DNA of 62,011 nt, the filler included, from Sphacelaria rigidula (Eukaryota), in assembly GCA_964200075.2 (NCBI GenBank). It is 4 parts of 4 records of this genome, joined end to end, with 100 filler letters (N's around TTAATTAATTAA, not from the genome) between each part and the next. Parts side by side here need not be neighbours in the genome. Positions count along the whole stretch, not along the records: positions 46,585 to 62,011 come from CAXNAA020001751.1; 3 more parts are not named here. One strand, given 5' to 3'. The notes under the pieces are model-generated. The model was not told the DNA's origin and searched no databases. It saw only the letters and a program-made list of their open reading frames with translations. Made by a program: the position numbers and the translations under genes. This document shows, in pieces, positions 48,900 to 61,529 of this stretch; within the stretch, counting starts at the first letter, position 1, and the number at the start of each line of letters is the position of its first letter.

Positions 48900-51250
48900 C
48901 TGTCTGTACCCACCATCGAGGAGTCAACGATTTCGGAGAAGAAAACTGTGTTCGGCATATGCGTTGGATAGCTTTGGAGCACGACGGAAATATGGTGCAA
49001 CATGTGCTTGAAACTCCAACTGTACTGTACAACCCGACCCCGCCCGCGTAAGTCGAACGCAGTGTATCACCTAGCTGCACAGACAGCACACTGGGTGTCA
49101 TCGTATACAGCACCGCAGTAGACTGCCGATTCACGCTGTCACTATTGATGCCCTGCCCACTTCGTTGTCTCAAAGACCACTCGGAACGCTGGCTGATATA
49201 TTATTTCGATTACACCAGTGTTCCAAAGTTATCGATGTCTACGATAAGCTGCAGCAGTATGTCTACCCCAAGAGCTTTTCTTGTTCCGAATTCATCTTCA
49301 CTTGATTCCGCTTGTTCCATACATGTTTTCTCGACCCTTTTCTCTCTGGCGAGTGTTTCCCGTTTTGTTGATCTTGTGTACGCCGTCTGTTGGATACCTC
49401 GGGGATCCATTTATGTGCAAGAATTAAGTAACACAATCAACTGCCGTATCTCCTGACGTACTCAACAGATTGCCGTCAAACCAGGCGTGGAGGTGGCAGC
49501 TGGGCAAGGCTGAGCCTTGAGACGGATACGCGGGGGGCTGGGGATTTATGTGCATACCGTGATATGCTCGAGCACATCACGCTCACAGCTTGTGATCTTG
49601 GTTTATCGATTTGACGCGATTGTCGCACGTATCAACGTGTGTGCGGGGTTTCTTGCTTCCCCTCGTCACGCGACAGCATTTTTCCACAAAAGTAGCAACG
49701 CAGCATGAGCGCCTTTGATTTGCTCGCACCCAGACCTCGAAACAACGTCGAACTGAGGCATAGTTCGCAAGGATTTGCAAGGATGTGTAGTTTCTCGCGG
49801 TGAGACCATTTCGCCGAAGCTGTTCTTGATCAACGCGGCCTCCTGGTTGTGGAGCAATCAATTTTACCCGCGGTAGACTTCGCACTCGCATTTTTCATGT
49901 GTCTCCTCCGTGACCAAAGTTAAACTCGACTCACCAAGTTGCCTCATGAAAACGGGAGAAAAACTGTCTCAGTGCTAACCTCGGTTTTTCAGTGCGTTCA
50001 TATGAATCCAAAGGTGGAGAGTTTTCATTTTCTTCTGTCTTCCGGTCGCGCGCGAATTATTAAAACATGATAAAGCCATCCCGGAGCAGAAACGACGCGT
50101 ATCAAATCACAGCGGGGGTTTCTCTACCCTCGACGAATTATCTCGCAGCCCAGTGGTTTTTCCAAGACAGTCACACAACACCGCAGTGCCCACAGGGTGG
50201 TAGCATCCGGACTTTGTGACCCGTTCTGCTTGGTTTGACTGTTTGAGTGTTCGTAGGTGGATACCGGTCATGGCGCCTTGTTTTCGTGGCTCGAATAAAG
50301 GCTGCAGGATATTGACCATTATCAAGGAGGCTAATCTTATTTCGGGCGTTACGCCCTCCGTCGTGCCACCCGCATGTACTGCGTCGTTCGCTGTAGCTAG
50401 AGTCATTTCATCCTCGTGTTCTAAAAAACGCATTCATGGTATTTAGGTGTTCTTGTCTTGTGAATCTGCCTTGTTTTGCGCCTTCACAGGTGAGGGCGAC
50501 CACGCTCTCATAATGCACGCTCCGACTGGAAACATCGGCAGAGACACAAATAATGTCAACGGTACAGTATGCCTGCCCAGCATGGCACATACCAGCACAG
50601 TAGAGCACGCGTCGACCTTCGGCTCTTCTGTGTGTTTCATACTGGCGACGCATTACTCACATCCGATCTTACCTCGGACCGGTCATAGCAGGGGAAGCGG
50701 CGGTTGCCGTTGTACTACCAACAATTCTCGACAATATTGAGCTGATACGGTAATAGTACAACCCGAAAATTCAGCTGACCACTCGCTGATGCAGCAGCCT
50801 CTAGCATATACACACTTTCGTACAACCAGTCCTGCTAGGTTTCGGTAATATGCAGGATTGTTTCTCACTCAGTGTAGCACTCCGGTTATAGCAGCCATGC
50901 TCCACGAAATCGATGATATTGCCAGCTGGCACCACACGCATGGTACGGTACCCCCGTGGAGGAATCAGCACGGCGCAGGAGGAACGTCATGGCTCATATC
51001 GCAACTCGAAATATGCCCCTTACCCGAACTTCATAGCAAAATGGATGGTGTATTTTCAGAGCTGCGAGCGCTAATCTGTGCACACGAGTACTGGACCTGG
51101 CATACAACTAGACTTGTACAACGTGTGGCCTTGTTTGATGGTATAATACCCCGCGACAGCTCCAAGTGTAAATTATTGGGCCACCGGAAAATTCACGTCA
51201 AAGTGGCACCACCTTACTCCAACTTGATACTGGGAGAAGAATATCATAGT
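48900..51250 (-). pseudogene. Possible degenerate hAT transposase
   Basis: Minus-strand fragments occur in hAT order: PSNKATRCTSL (like TRW.S, ~51120), IMVNILQPLFEP (~50310) and FPSCSKAIQRICRTQFSS (dimerisation-domain-like, ~48990). Weak motif resemblance only. Confidence 0.35.
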
Positions 51251-51270
51251 GACCACTTCCATGGACATCA

Positions 51271-51595
51271 TGTTGTGTGTGTATGTGTGTTGTGTGTTGT
51301 CATCCCATCTATTCTGGAGGCCAGTCTACACTTTTCGGTATATGTGAGCGCATCATCCGGGGTCGCACAGGAGGAAGACCAACACAGCATTTCCTCTTCG
51401 CGTTCAGGACTCCATCTTCCTTTCCCTCGTCAACCATGACGTTGGATTTCCGTGTATCCACGACATAGTCGCTCTCGACTGTTGGGCACGGTGTGATGAA
51501 AAACAATCCCAGATTGTGTGACCGCACCGAGCTTCGAACCTCACAACCCAGCCGTCATAAGGTTTCGAGGTCACCAACTGAGCCATCGGGGCGAC
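51271..51595 (-). mobile_element. tRNA-derived SINE, tail type B
   Basis: The minus strand starts gtcgccccgaTGGCTCAGTTGGtgacc...aGGTTCGAAgc and ends with a CA-rich tail; homologous to 19650-19974. Confidence 0.85.
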
Positions 51596-52221
51596 AGACA
51601 ACTGCCATTGATTTCATGATTCATGAGCAGAAGCTCTAGGTCTGTCTGTAAGGGCACGTAGCTCCTCGCTTGGAGGCTTTGTAGAGGCCCTTAGCACAAC
51701 CCACAGTTCACGTTTACGGGAGAGGACCTGGGCGTCGCGTTGTCGTGCGAGTTGGGGCGGCAACGTTGAGCTCAGTGCCCAAAAATATACAACTTAGCTC
51801 AAACGGTGCTTGCTAGGTAATTCGTCGAACCCTCATTCATGCGCGTGCGAAGCATCATGATACAGTTGGTAGGAATTCGTTGCTGCCTCCTCGCCGGCTT
51901 GATACCGAACCCTCCAATACTGTAATACCCAACGTGTAAAATAAAATCAGAAATGGTCACGCTGATAACCACCGTTTCAACCCACGAAGCGCCCTTACCG
52001 CCTAGCGACACCGAAGAGTGATGCCGCGATAGCCACCCAAAACCAGCCACTACACCACCACGAATAAAATTACTATACAGCACAGCACACAATAGGTGAT
52101 TTGAGACTGCATGAAGCGCCTCATGTGGGTTACATTGCCGAAAACGATCCCAAGCGTGTGTGTTTCCAGCTGCTTCATGTACTATTGTAGGCTTGTGTCA
52201 GTTTGATTTACACGTAGATTT

Positions 52222-53300
52222 CAAGGTCAGGTCGGGAAGGGTATGTACTTATGAATACTCGGGTAAATTATCCGGGTATTTTCTCTACTCAGCGTTTGGG
52301 TAGATTGGGTACGGCCTCAAATACTCCACCCTTATTTTGGGTATAATGAGTACGACGTCAGATACTCTACCCAATATCGGGCAAGTACTCTCAGTAATGC
52401 TTTGGTACAGAGTGTGACTTGGATATGACCTCAATACTTGGGTATGACCTCAATACTCTACGCAAAATTTGAGTAGATTGAGTATGAACTCAAATACTCT
52501 TCATAAATTTTAGGTAGTTTGGGTATGACCTTAAATACTCTATACCCAACATTGGGTGAGTCATCTCAGTAATACTCAGGTATAGAGTATCACTCGGGAA
52601 TGATGAGTAACAATGGCCGTTGGCGACTTCGTCACGTCACTTCGCAGACTATGTCGAATATATTGGAGAACGGTGGCCATCAAGGAGAAAAGGGACGTCA
52701 CGTCACAGGCTACGATGAGCATGAGCGAACGGTGGCCATTAAAAAGCAAAAAATCGTGCAGGTGCATTAATCTACCTGCCCAACCCCTGACAGTACAAAC
52801 CCACACCCATACCTCATACTCCGTATCCTCTTCGATGTCAGTTTCAGTACAAAGCGCTTCTCATCATTGGGTAATTGAGTAGACGGATAGTCTGGTGGGT
52901 ACTGTAAAAATGAGCCACTCTACTGGCCGCACATCTGACTCCCCTGCGGGAGACCCAGCGGTCGAAACGGTGCGAATGTGGGAACACCGCAACAGTCGCG
53001 AGGGGAAGCAACAGAAAAAGGCGCGACGGGGTCAGGAGTGATAGAACTGACCCCGAAACAGGCCCCGGTGGTCCGTATTGTACAGGCAGTTTGGGTATCT
53101 TGGGTACGACCTTCAGTACTAAAGTTGTGCCCAAGGTTTTGGTATATTGGGTCCGGCCTCAAACACTCTACCCAAATTTTGAGCAGATTAGGTATGACCT
53201 CAAATATTGTACCCATTTTTGGGGTAGATTGAGTTCGACCTCAAATACTAATATTGGGAAGTGCTCTCAGTAAAGCTTGAGTTAGAGTATCACTTGGTTA
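52222..53300. repeat. Minisatellite-bearing repeat family (blocks 52222-52600 and 53085-53300; third block ~55395-55540)
   Basis: Recurring unit gggtatgacctcaaatactctacccaaattttgggtagatt. Confidence 0.75.
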
Positions 53301-53780
53301 GAAACTCCTGAGCTTGGCGTGCTTTGGTCGAGGTTGGCATGTACAAGTTAGCCCTCTACTCTACAACTCGAGACCGTTTGGACGCATCTTGGGCAACCTG
53401 CGTCCACTATGTCGCGTTTATTCCGAAGGATGGGCAGTAGTCCGTGATGCAATTTTGTAGGTGCCTTGCGGGTCGGCCTGCCCTTGTTTTCCGTTCAACC
53501 ATCAATCTACGCGTAAATATGTTGGGGAGGCAGTCATCGTGCATGCGAACAAATCGGCCGGCGTGTAGGAGGGTCTGTTTTATCACGGTGGCCTCAATGC
53601 ACTCGCAGCTAGTTCGTTCGAGGACCTCGTGGTAAGGCAACATGTGGTAGTCAGGGGTCTTGCGGCTGGAGGTATCTTGTTGAGGCCTCGCAGCAGAAAT
53701 CCTCGATGAGCCTCCCGTAACTCGCCGAAATTGTCGTGTGTGATCATCCAGATCGCGCAGCAGTACAACATCAGTAACAA
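53301..53780 (-). mobile_element. RTE-clade LINE ORF C-terminal fragment (frameshifted)
   Basis: LYCCAIW...LREAHRGFLLR / MLPYHEVLERTSCECIEATV...LLHAGRFVRMHDDCLPN...RAGRP...FGINAT follows the RTE pattern LYG.E.W / W.GH..RM...RLPK / R..GRP. Confidence 0.8.
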
Positions 53781-53817
53781 TTCGGTCTTAGTGATCGAGG
53801 TCGAATACTGCTTTTAT

Positions 53818-54418
53818 ACTTCGGAATAAACGCGACATCGTGGACGCAGGTTGCCCAAGATGTGTCCAAATGGTCTCGAGGTGTGGAGGAGGGGGCCAAC
53901 TTGTACATGGCAACTTCGACCAAAGCACGCCAAGCTAAGGAGTTTTTTGCTGTACTACCTCTATAGTTCGCCCAGTGCCGACCGGGGATTTCCGAAAAGT
54001 AACCTGTAGTCCATCGGGCAGCACACTCGCTGGTACATCTGCCGCCTTTTCCGAACAGCTGTGGTAGCCCTCTATGAGGGTGCCTGGGTTTGTTTTTGAG
54101 TTGAACCCTCACCTGGTAGCCATGCTCATCTCCTTGTGCCACCTGTCTTTTCTTGCCTTGTCTTTTATTATCTTCTCTCTTCCTCTCTTTCGGTGTACTA
54201 GTTTCGCAGATCTGACGTCTTGCTTTTTTTTTCCCCGCTTGAACTCAGGGGAGCTACTTCCTACCTTTTCTCGTGACGTCTCTCTTCTTATTTTCATTTT
54301 TGGCAATATGTCTTGTAAGGAATAGCAGGGATGGTATTGGAAAGACGAGCCTACGTCTGTGACCACGTGTTCGCGAGATCGGATCAACGTGCAAAAATAG
54401 TAATAGTAATATAATAAT
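53818..54418 (+). mobile_element. RTE-clade LINE 3' end with simple-repeat tail
   Basis: FGINATSWTQVAQDVSKWSRGVEEGA continues the ORF seen on the minus strand. It is followed by a pyrimidine-rich UTR and the tail tagtaatagtaatataataat. Confidence 0.65.
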
Positions 54419-55994
54419 GGCCTCAATAATCTACCCAAGCGGCCCCACATCGGAATGTCACGGCACAAGGGTGCCCCCCCCCCCCCCCCCTTCCCCCCCT
54501 GCCCTCCCCCAAGGGATCGAGAATGAGGAAATGACCAAATCAGATGCGCAACAACCTTATTATTTCCGTTTCTCTACAAATATACGGAATGAAACGATCA
54601 ATCGCATCACCTAGGGTCCGCCTCGACGTGAGGAGCCCAAAACCGAGGAGTTTTGGTAAGTCAGTTGTTCTTGTGGCTGCCGGGGGGGGAATTTTCCCGC
54701 TGGATAATGGCTTTCAAGTCGCGGTGATCGCTGGATAACGAGTATTGAGTCGCGCTAGCTTCGGCGAGACCGGCGGTCACCGACTAAGTACTTCCGCCAA
54801 GCTGCTGCAGTGATGCGGCCGCCATACTGGGGATGGCAGCGTATGACGAGTGGTTTTGTGATGCTAGAGAATGATATGTAATGTCTTGTGCAATATATAT
54901 GCTGTGCTTGTGATGTAACCTGACTTCGGGAATACACACCAACCGGCATAGAAATCTCATTATATTTTACATGATCACGTAGTTTGCCCGCGTTTGAGCA
55001 TACTCTGAGGAACCTGAATTTCACTCTTGAGAGGTACGTACTAGGTTCCAATCTAGTGACCCGACTGAAACCTGAGCTCACCACAGACAGGGATGTTTAT
55101 TCAACGTGCATCTCTACATGCCGTCATCATACTGCACTGCGACACAACACAAAGAGGGGTTGCAAAGGGAATGTTTCATTATTTTTTTGTTTACTTCGAA
55201 GTATAATTTACGATTTTATTTCTTGTTGTCGCAGTACAGTAAGTAATATCGTCACCATCCAACGATCAGGGGGTACCCCCCCCCCCATCAAATTGAGGTA
55301 CCCCCCCTCTCCCCTCCTCCTGCCCCAGGATGGGGTTTTGGGTTTTGGCAACAAAGGGAGCCCTGGTGTCGTGACATTCCGATGTAGGGACCCTTGCTCG
55401 ACCCATTATTTCGGTAGATTGAGTATGACCTGAAATACTTTACCAAAATTTGGGGTAGATAGGGTACATTCTCAAACACAATACCCAAATTTTGGGTGCC
55501 AAGAGTATGGCTTTTCAAAAATACGGAGTATTGGGTATACGCTACGTACTCGACCTGCTTTTGGCGGATTTCACCTCCTCAAACCAGCTACCTTTCTGGG
55601 GGATGTATGGCGGCATCAGTCCGAACCTGTCGCTCCGACACCCACCTGTCGCATCATCTAACATATACTCGAGGTTTAACCATCACCACACACAAGGTGT
55701 GGCTTTCCTTGACACCTAACCTTCCAGAATACCGCCTCTGTAGTATCGGAAGGTAATAAGTAAAAAAACTGCAACATAAAAAAAAACGACCAGTGCTCCG
55801 ATCGGCCATCATTCTGTTCCGATTTGCCCCATGGATCGCTCTAGAACAGCACAAGAACGGGATACATGTTCAAGCGCAACAGTGCTGTCTGTACTGTACT
55901 GCGTTGCGCTGTACTGATTGCAAGTATTCGGTCCATGTTTGCACTCTTAAACCCAACCAGTGAAACATCTGTCAACCTCCACCTTCGTTCCCAC

Positions 55995-56216
55995 CTCGTA
56001 CTGCTGCACTGCCTCGGGTGTAGGTGTGAATCCTGTCGCCAGCATCGAAATCAGCAACCCAAGCACCCAGGACAAACTGATGACCGGGTGCTTTTTTACA
56101 AAGGTCTTGCCCGTGGCGAGAACCAAAGCCCCGAACCTGTCGGCCGAACCCTCGACTATCACGCCTGCATTGTGCCCCTGTTGATGCATTCCGGGGTACC
56201 CTGCTCTTCCAGCCAT
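55995..56216 (-). CDS. First exon of a probable membrane protein
   Basis: MAGRAGYPG...KKHPVISLSWVLGLLISMLATGFTPTPEAVQQYE|gtggga contains a hydrophobic segment. Downstream exons were not located. Confidence 0.6.
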
Positions 56217-56589
56217 GCCTGTCGTCTAAGCAATCGCGCTATGGTGCTCTCTAGATCGTGCTCAAGGGATGCCTCTTTCTTAACTTGCCACTTGGTTCCT
56301 GGAGAGAGGTCGGGTCGCCGAGGGAGCACACGGTTGATTATATGATGATGGTTTTACTCCTACCTGGTACTTCAGTATGATGGGTGTAATGACGTTGCAG
56401 GCAATGCGGTATAGATTGTGTGGGCCTGTTTGCTGTGCTGCTGTGTCGCTATGATATGCACAGGCATGGGTATCCCAAAAGGTCGATAAATATATCTTAC
56501 TTTTCTCTATCGCATTCGCCTAAAAGAGTACCCGCGACCATACCTGAGAACGACTTCCTTAGAATTTTCGTTGGAGCAAAATCAACATA

Positions 56590-56876
56590 TGCATGTGTGC
56601 CATCCCATCTTCTTTGTATTCTGGACGCGAGTCTACACCTTTCGGTATATACATGTGGGTGGATTAGCCGGGATCATGCAGGAAGAAGTCCAACAACACA
56701 GGAATGTTTCCTTTTTTCTTTTGTTTTGGTACTACACCTTCCTCCTGCGATGCTTGCCTTATATTTCTCGCGAAAGAAAGGGATTCAGCAATCCCCCTTT
56801 CCCCCGTCGACCGTGAAGTCGATTTCAATTTTTTTGTGTATACCCACGACATAATCGCTCTCCTCTATTGGGCACG
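56590..56876 (-). mobile_element. SINE tail type B, headless copy
   Basis: catcccatct..tattctggacg..agtctacacctttcggtatat...cctgcgatgcttgcctt is homologous to 19760-19974. Confidence 0.75.
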
Positions 56877-57559
56877 AAAAAAAACACCCCTCCTCTGGAT
56901 ATAGAATGCACGGATGCACACAGCATAAATGAAAAGTAAAATGATAGCTAGGTATCTCCCGTGAAGCCTAAATGCAAGTCGATACGAGTACTATATATAC
57001 TGTCTACTGTCTGTACTGTTGTTGTAATATGTAAAGGCCTATTCTCTGTTGCAGTAAGAAAATCAGCAACTGGCAGCAGGGACTGGCACAGACTGGCACA
57101 GATAAATCCCGACCTCAAAATTAGAAGATGGCAATAGGACAAAAATGAACGTCAACTTCAACTTCGTCAGCAATCACTAGGCATCGTATTGACTGCAGCA
57201 GGCGTCGCTTTCATCGCTCCTTTTCAGCTAGCTCATCCACCAGAGTTACACTGACCGATACAGTGCGTTTCCACTGCTACATCTTATGCCCTTCATATTG
57301 TCTTGAGCAATTGTTCTGCTACATTGTAGTAGCTTGCGGATCAATTTCAATTTTGGAGGCAAGAACATCAGAGAACGAACCAACCTGTGGTTCAGCTGGG
57401 GTGGTTCCTACATCATCGGCTTCGCAACACGCACCGACACCACCCACCACTATCTAAGACGCCAACAGAGGCCACATCTTAACATTTTTGCACTTTGGTG
57501 GGTAACGGAAGCACCCGAGACAAGGCCTCTCCTTCAATCTCTCATATCAACGTGAGAAC

Positions 57560-59243
57560 ATGGGCACTGCTTCCATACCTGCTTCCACACTGCCGTTGAA
57601 CTTCAAACGGAGCATCAACCGTTGTGCGCTTCACGCGATATTGTTGGGCACACTGGGGCTGATGTGGGGCAGCTGCGGCGGCGGCCGAAGGTGGAATGAT
57701 GCTGCTGTGGTTACGGCGTACCGTGGAACCGTGCCTATATTCCCAGATGTGGCCGAGAATACGAGAAAGGCAGCCAGCAAAGCGATGGCAGCGCGATGCA
57801 ATGAGAGGCAAGTGTTTGTTGTTCAGCATGTTTTTGAAAAATATCTTTTTCGTGATGTGGTCGGAAGTCTTCTGTTCTGAATTGGCGTCCGTTGCCGCCG
57901 TGCTCCTCCTGTGTCGCTGTCGGTATGTATGGTACGACAACAGTAGTAGATGCTTCGCTTGGCTTTATTCCATTCTCTACGTGTTTTCACACAAGTGAAA
58001 CGTTCACCAAATCAAGCCAGGAAGAAAGGTTGTTCGTGGTTGTACCGGGCGGTGATTGATGGCGAAAAAAAAACACAGAATAGGAAGCAACAGCGAAATA
58101 CTCCACACAGGTGTGGAGGCTCCTTGACCGCGAGGGTCGTTCAGCTGGGTCATGCATCAATGCAATTATATTGATGCCGATTCAGGCGGTGACCTATGCA
58201 GCATGCTGGTGGTGAGTGGTTTCTTGAATCATGTCGTAAAGTACGACTTTATGGAATCTCCTGCTGTAGGCGCCGCCGTACGATAGGGTGGGTGTCTCTG
58301 ATCATGCGAGGGATGGCTGTGCCGTGCGTGTCTATATGTCTCTGTGTGTGCAACAACGTTGATATCGGACATTCCTATATCTCCCGAGTCGTGTAAAACT
58401 CCGCATCTACTGTTGTTCACTCTTGCGCACGAGGTAAACTGGCTTCATCACAAGAAAGGTCATGTGAAACCGAAACACAACAGACATCATCTGTAGATAA
58501 TTTCGGATTCCCTCCTCGGCACACCATATTTTCCTTCTAATCTGACTATTAATAGCGCGAGCGCATTCCCGAGCGACAGCCACGCGTGGGGCCGTGCCTC
58601 GTTCATTTCCGGACGCCCCCTCCAACGCCCAGGTTACCCCGTTCCTATGCCGCCTCTGCTTTGGGGCTAGGCCACGCTGTTACGACCGGAGTTGATGCCA
58701 GCAACGAGTGTCGCGAATGCTCGTGACTTGAGTAGGCGGGGCACTCGTTGTTCTCATTGTGCTACACTGGATTTACGGTGCACGAGCGGTTGTGTTGGTA
58801 CAATGCTCCACAGCCTGAATGCCGTCTAATGTGGCCACGTCACAGAAAGCGATATTGCCGAATGTAAGTACCAAGACAGAAATGTATCATATGTTGGGTG
58901 CATAATACGACTTGCGTGATGATCGATGTCCAACGACCAAACGACTCGTATCGGGTGGTGCTCTGCCGCCTCCCCCCACTGCTGCACTGAACGGCAAATC
59001 TGCAGGCAGAAGCCGTTCGCCCCGGAGGCGGTGATTGAAGCGAAGGGGCTTACGAAGGTGCGTCGATCGGCAAAATTGAAGACAAAATTGCGTTCCCTCA
59101 ACGGCACGAGTATCGGTGGTACGGGCGGTGGTGTTGGATGGCAAGAGGGTATCGAAGTACCCTATCGCCTTCCTCCGCTCAGGACGAATAACACGCCCCT
59201 GCAACACGATCCTAGTACCCCACCAGAGCTTCGAATCGTGTGA
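57560..59243 (+). CDS. Hypothetical two-exon protein with possible GC-AG intron
   Basis: 57560-57807 (..ARCNE-AG|gcaagt) joins in phase to 59006-59243 (ctgcag|G-QKPFAPE...RIV*). It has an N-terminal hydrophobic stretch. Confidence 0.4.
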
Positions 59244-60044
59244 GAACCCGATGAGGCTGAGGCTAAGGCGCTTCCCGAGTGATTATTTCCCTTGCTGAGT
59301 ACACTTGGTATCCGGTGGCGAGTAGATTCACGTTGACAGTTATCGTCTCGTTTTACTTGCGTCTGCCAAAATCAAGGGTTTGGGCATTTTTTGTTATGTT
59401 GGACGGCATGTGAAATATGCAAGTAAGGACGTACATAAATATTTTATAAGTGCGTTGTTTTTTGCGCCATGGGGGAAAAGACGCAAGAGCTTTACATTAT
59501 AATATTTCCCTGTCATTCTGGACTTTGTGTAACCTTTGAGAGTAAGACTGACTCTTATGGGAGCCGTTCAGATTTTTTTTTCGAAAATTTTGAACAGGTG
59601 GTCACGAAACCGACCATTATGAAACAAAATCGTCAAGATTTTGACCTCCAAAATTTTGAACGGACCCAAAAAAGTGCAAAATTTTGGTCAAGCTTATTTG
59701 GGAACCGCTCAAAAATTTATTTTTCAAGAATGTCGAACGCATTTTTTTTCCGCCACGATTCTGAACCGGGGTCAAAATGGATACTATTATGGCCTAAAAT
59801 TCAGAGTTGTACATGGATATTCAGGTTGGCGTGACCTAGGAGGTGTGCATCTCTACAACAGCACCCCAAGAAGATATATATCAGAAGGCGGCATTTCGAC
59901 GAAACAAGGAAGGTGATAATCATTTCGCGATACAGGTATAAAGTGATGGTGACGTGACGGTTCACAAATTCATTTTCACGAGAAATCAAACGCCGGTCCA
60001 ATGTAGGGGGAACGACGAGTGATGTCATGACGAAAACAGCACAC

Positions 60045-60870
60045 GCATAGACCAGCGACCTCAGGCAGGGCGGCAATCGCGCGCAAGGGTGTATCGGCAT
60101 TGTCGCGGGTCGAAATGCGGACGGCCTCCCGCTCGAGAAGGAGAAAAAGCAATAGCAGCAGCAGCAGCAGCAGCGTTACTACCAGTGGATATATACGGCT
60201 GTGGGTGGGTTTGAATCAGCCGTTGCCGATACTGTTGCTGCTGCTGCTGCTGCTGCTGCTCTTCCTCGGGCGAGAAACGGTCCGCGTTTGGATGGTGCGA
60301 CAACGCCCACGCACGTTGCCCGTGATGGCCGCCGTGCTGGAAAGCGCTAGTCCGTACTACGCGCCGATGGTCCATGCTTCCTCACTCGGCTAGGTTTTGG
60401 GATAAGTACCAGTGCGAATCTCTCTGTGGTAGCTGTGCACGTCGATTGTGTCTCACACGCGTTGTTATCGCTGCTGACTCGAATAAAGCCAGCGTCCACT
60501 ACAGGAAAAACAAGTGATACGTACTGAAAATGCAGTGGGAGTGACAACGACAAATGATTCGAAGTAGAGAGGCAATAACGCGCCGGGTGGTGGACGTTGT
60601 CACGGGTCGAAACACTAACCGCGTCTACCACACGAAAAGGAGAAAAAGTATGAACAGCAGCAGCAGCAGCAGCAGCTTTACTGCCAGTAGATGTGTACGG
60701 CTGGGGGTGGGTCTCAATCAACCGGTGTCAGTACTGCTGTTGCTGCTGCTGTTGCTACTCTTCCTCGTGCGAGAGACGGTCCGCGTTTCGATCATGCGAC
60801 AACGCCCCCTCACCTTGCGCGTGATAGCCACCGTGCTGGAAAGCGCTAGTCCGTACTACCCGCCGATGGG
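60045..60870. repeat. Two tandem fold-back elements with (CAG)n/(CTG)n arms
   Basis: Units at ~60045-60372 and ~60570-60872, each an imperfect palindrome centred on acggctg...cagccgt-like stems. Confidence 0.8.
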
Positions 60871-61425
60871 CCCACGCTTGCTCACTCGGCGAAGTGCTGG
60901 GAGATATAACTGTGCGCACCTCTCTGTGGGAGCTGTGCACGACGAGTGTGACTCGCACGCGTGGCTACTGCTGGCGATGGAAACCAGCTGTGCGCCCATG
61001 AAAAGTCACGTGACCTTTTATGCTTCGTGTCAGCTACATTGCATTTTCAACTTCGGCAAGACAGCACTGCCTGCCAACTGCAGTTGTTCGGAATGCAATA
61101 GTAGTACAGCAGCTCAGGTAATCCAGAAGAGACCAGACAGGTTTGGCAAAGTTTAAATACACGATTCTGCAGTGTGACAGATGCAGCACATGAGGGAGCC
61201 GTCTGCGTGCGCTGCTGTACAACAAAACATGACATGTCCCATTTCACTTTTTGTGCCAACTTTTGAACAGGTCCGCAAGCGTTCAGAATCGTCACCCGAT
61301 CTTGCCATAAGAGTCGGTCTAAGACCCACTTTTATGGCAAGCACAAATCTCGATTTTTTCAAATTGGGGGGACAAAAATCGGGGAACGCATTTAATGGAC
61401 ATCGATTTGGATCAAATCGGAGCCG

Positions 61426-61529
61426 AAAAAATCGAGGGGTCACGATCTCGGAACGGTTTCCCCCGATTTTTCGAAAAATCGAAAATCGGGGGAAAACCGT
61501 TCCGAGGTCGTGACTCCCCCGATTTTTTT
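61426..61529. repeat. Near-perfect ~45-bp-arm hairpin
   Basis: aaaatcgaggggtcacgatctcggaacggtttcccccgatttt / aaaatcgggggaaaaccgttccgaggtcgtgactcccccgatttt. Confidence 0.8.

Noticed and set aside
60554..61156. 200-aa ORF with poly-S/poly-L
   Set aside because: It is produced by the CAG/CTG fold-back repeat and is unlikely to be a gene.
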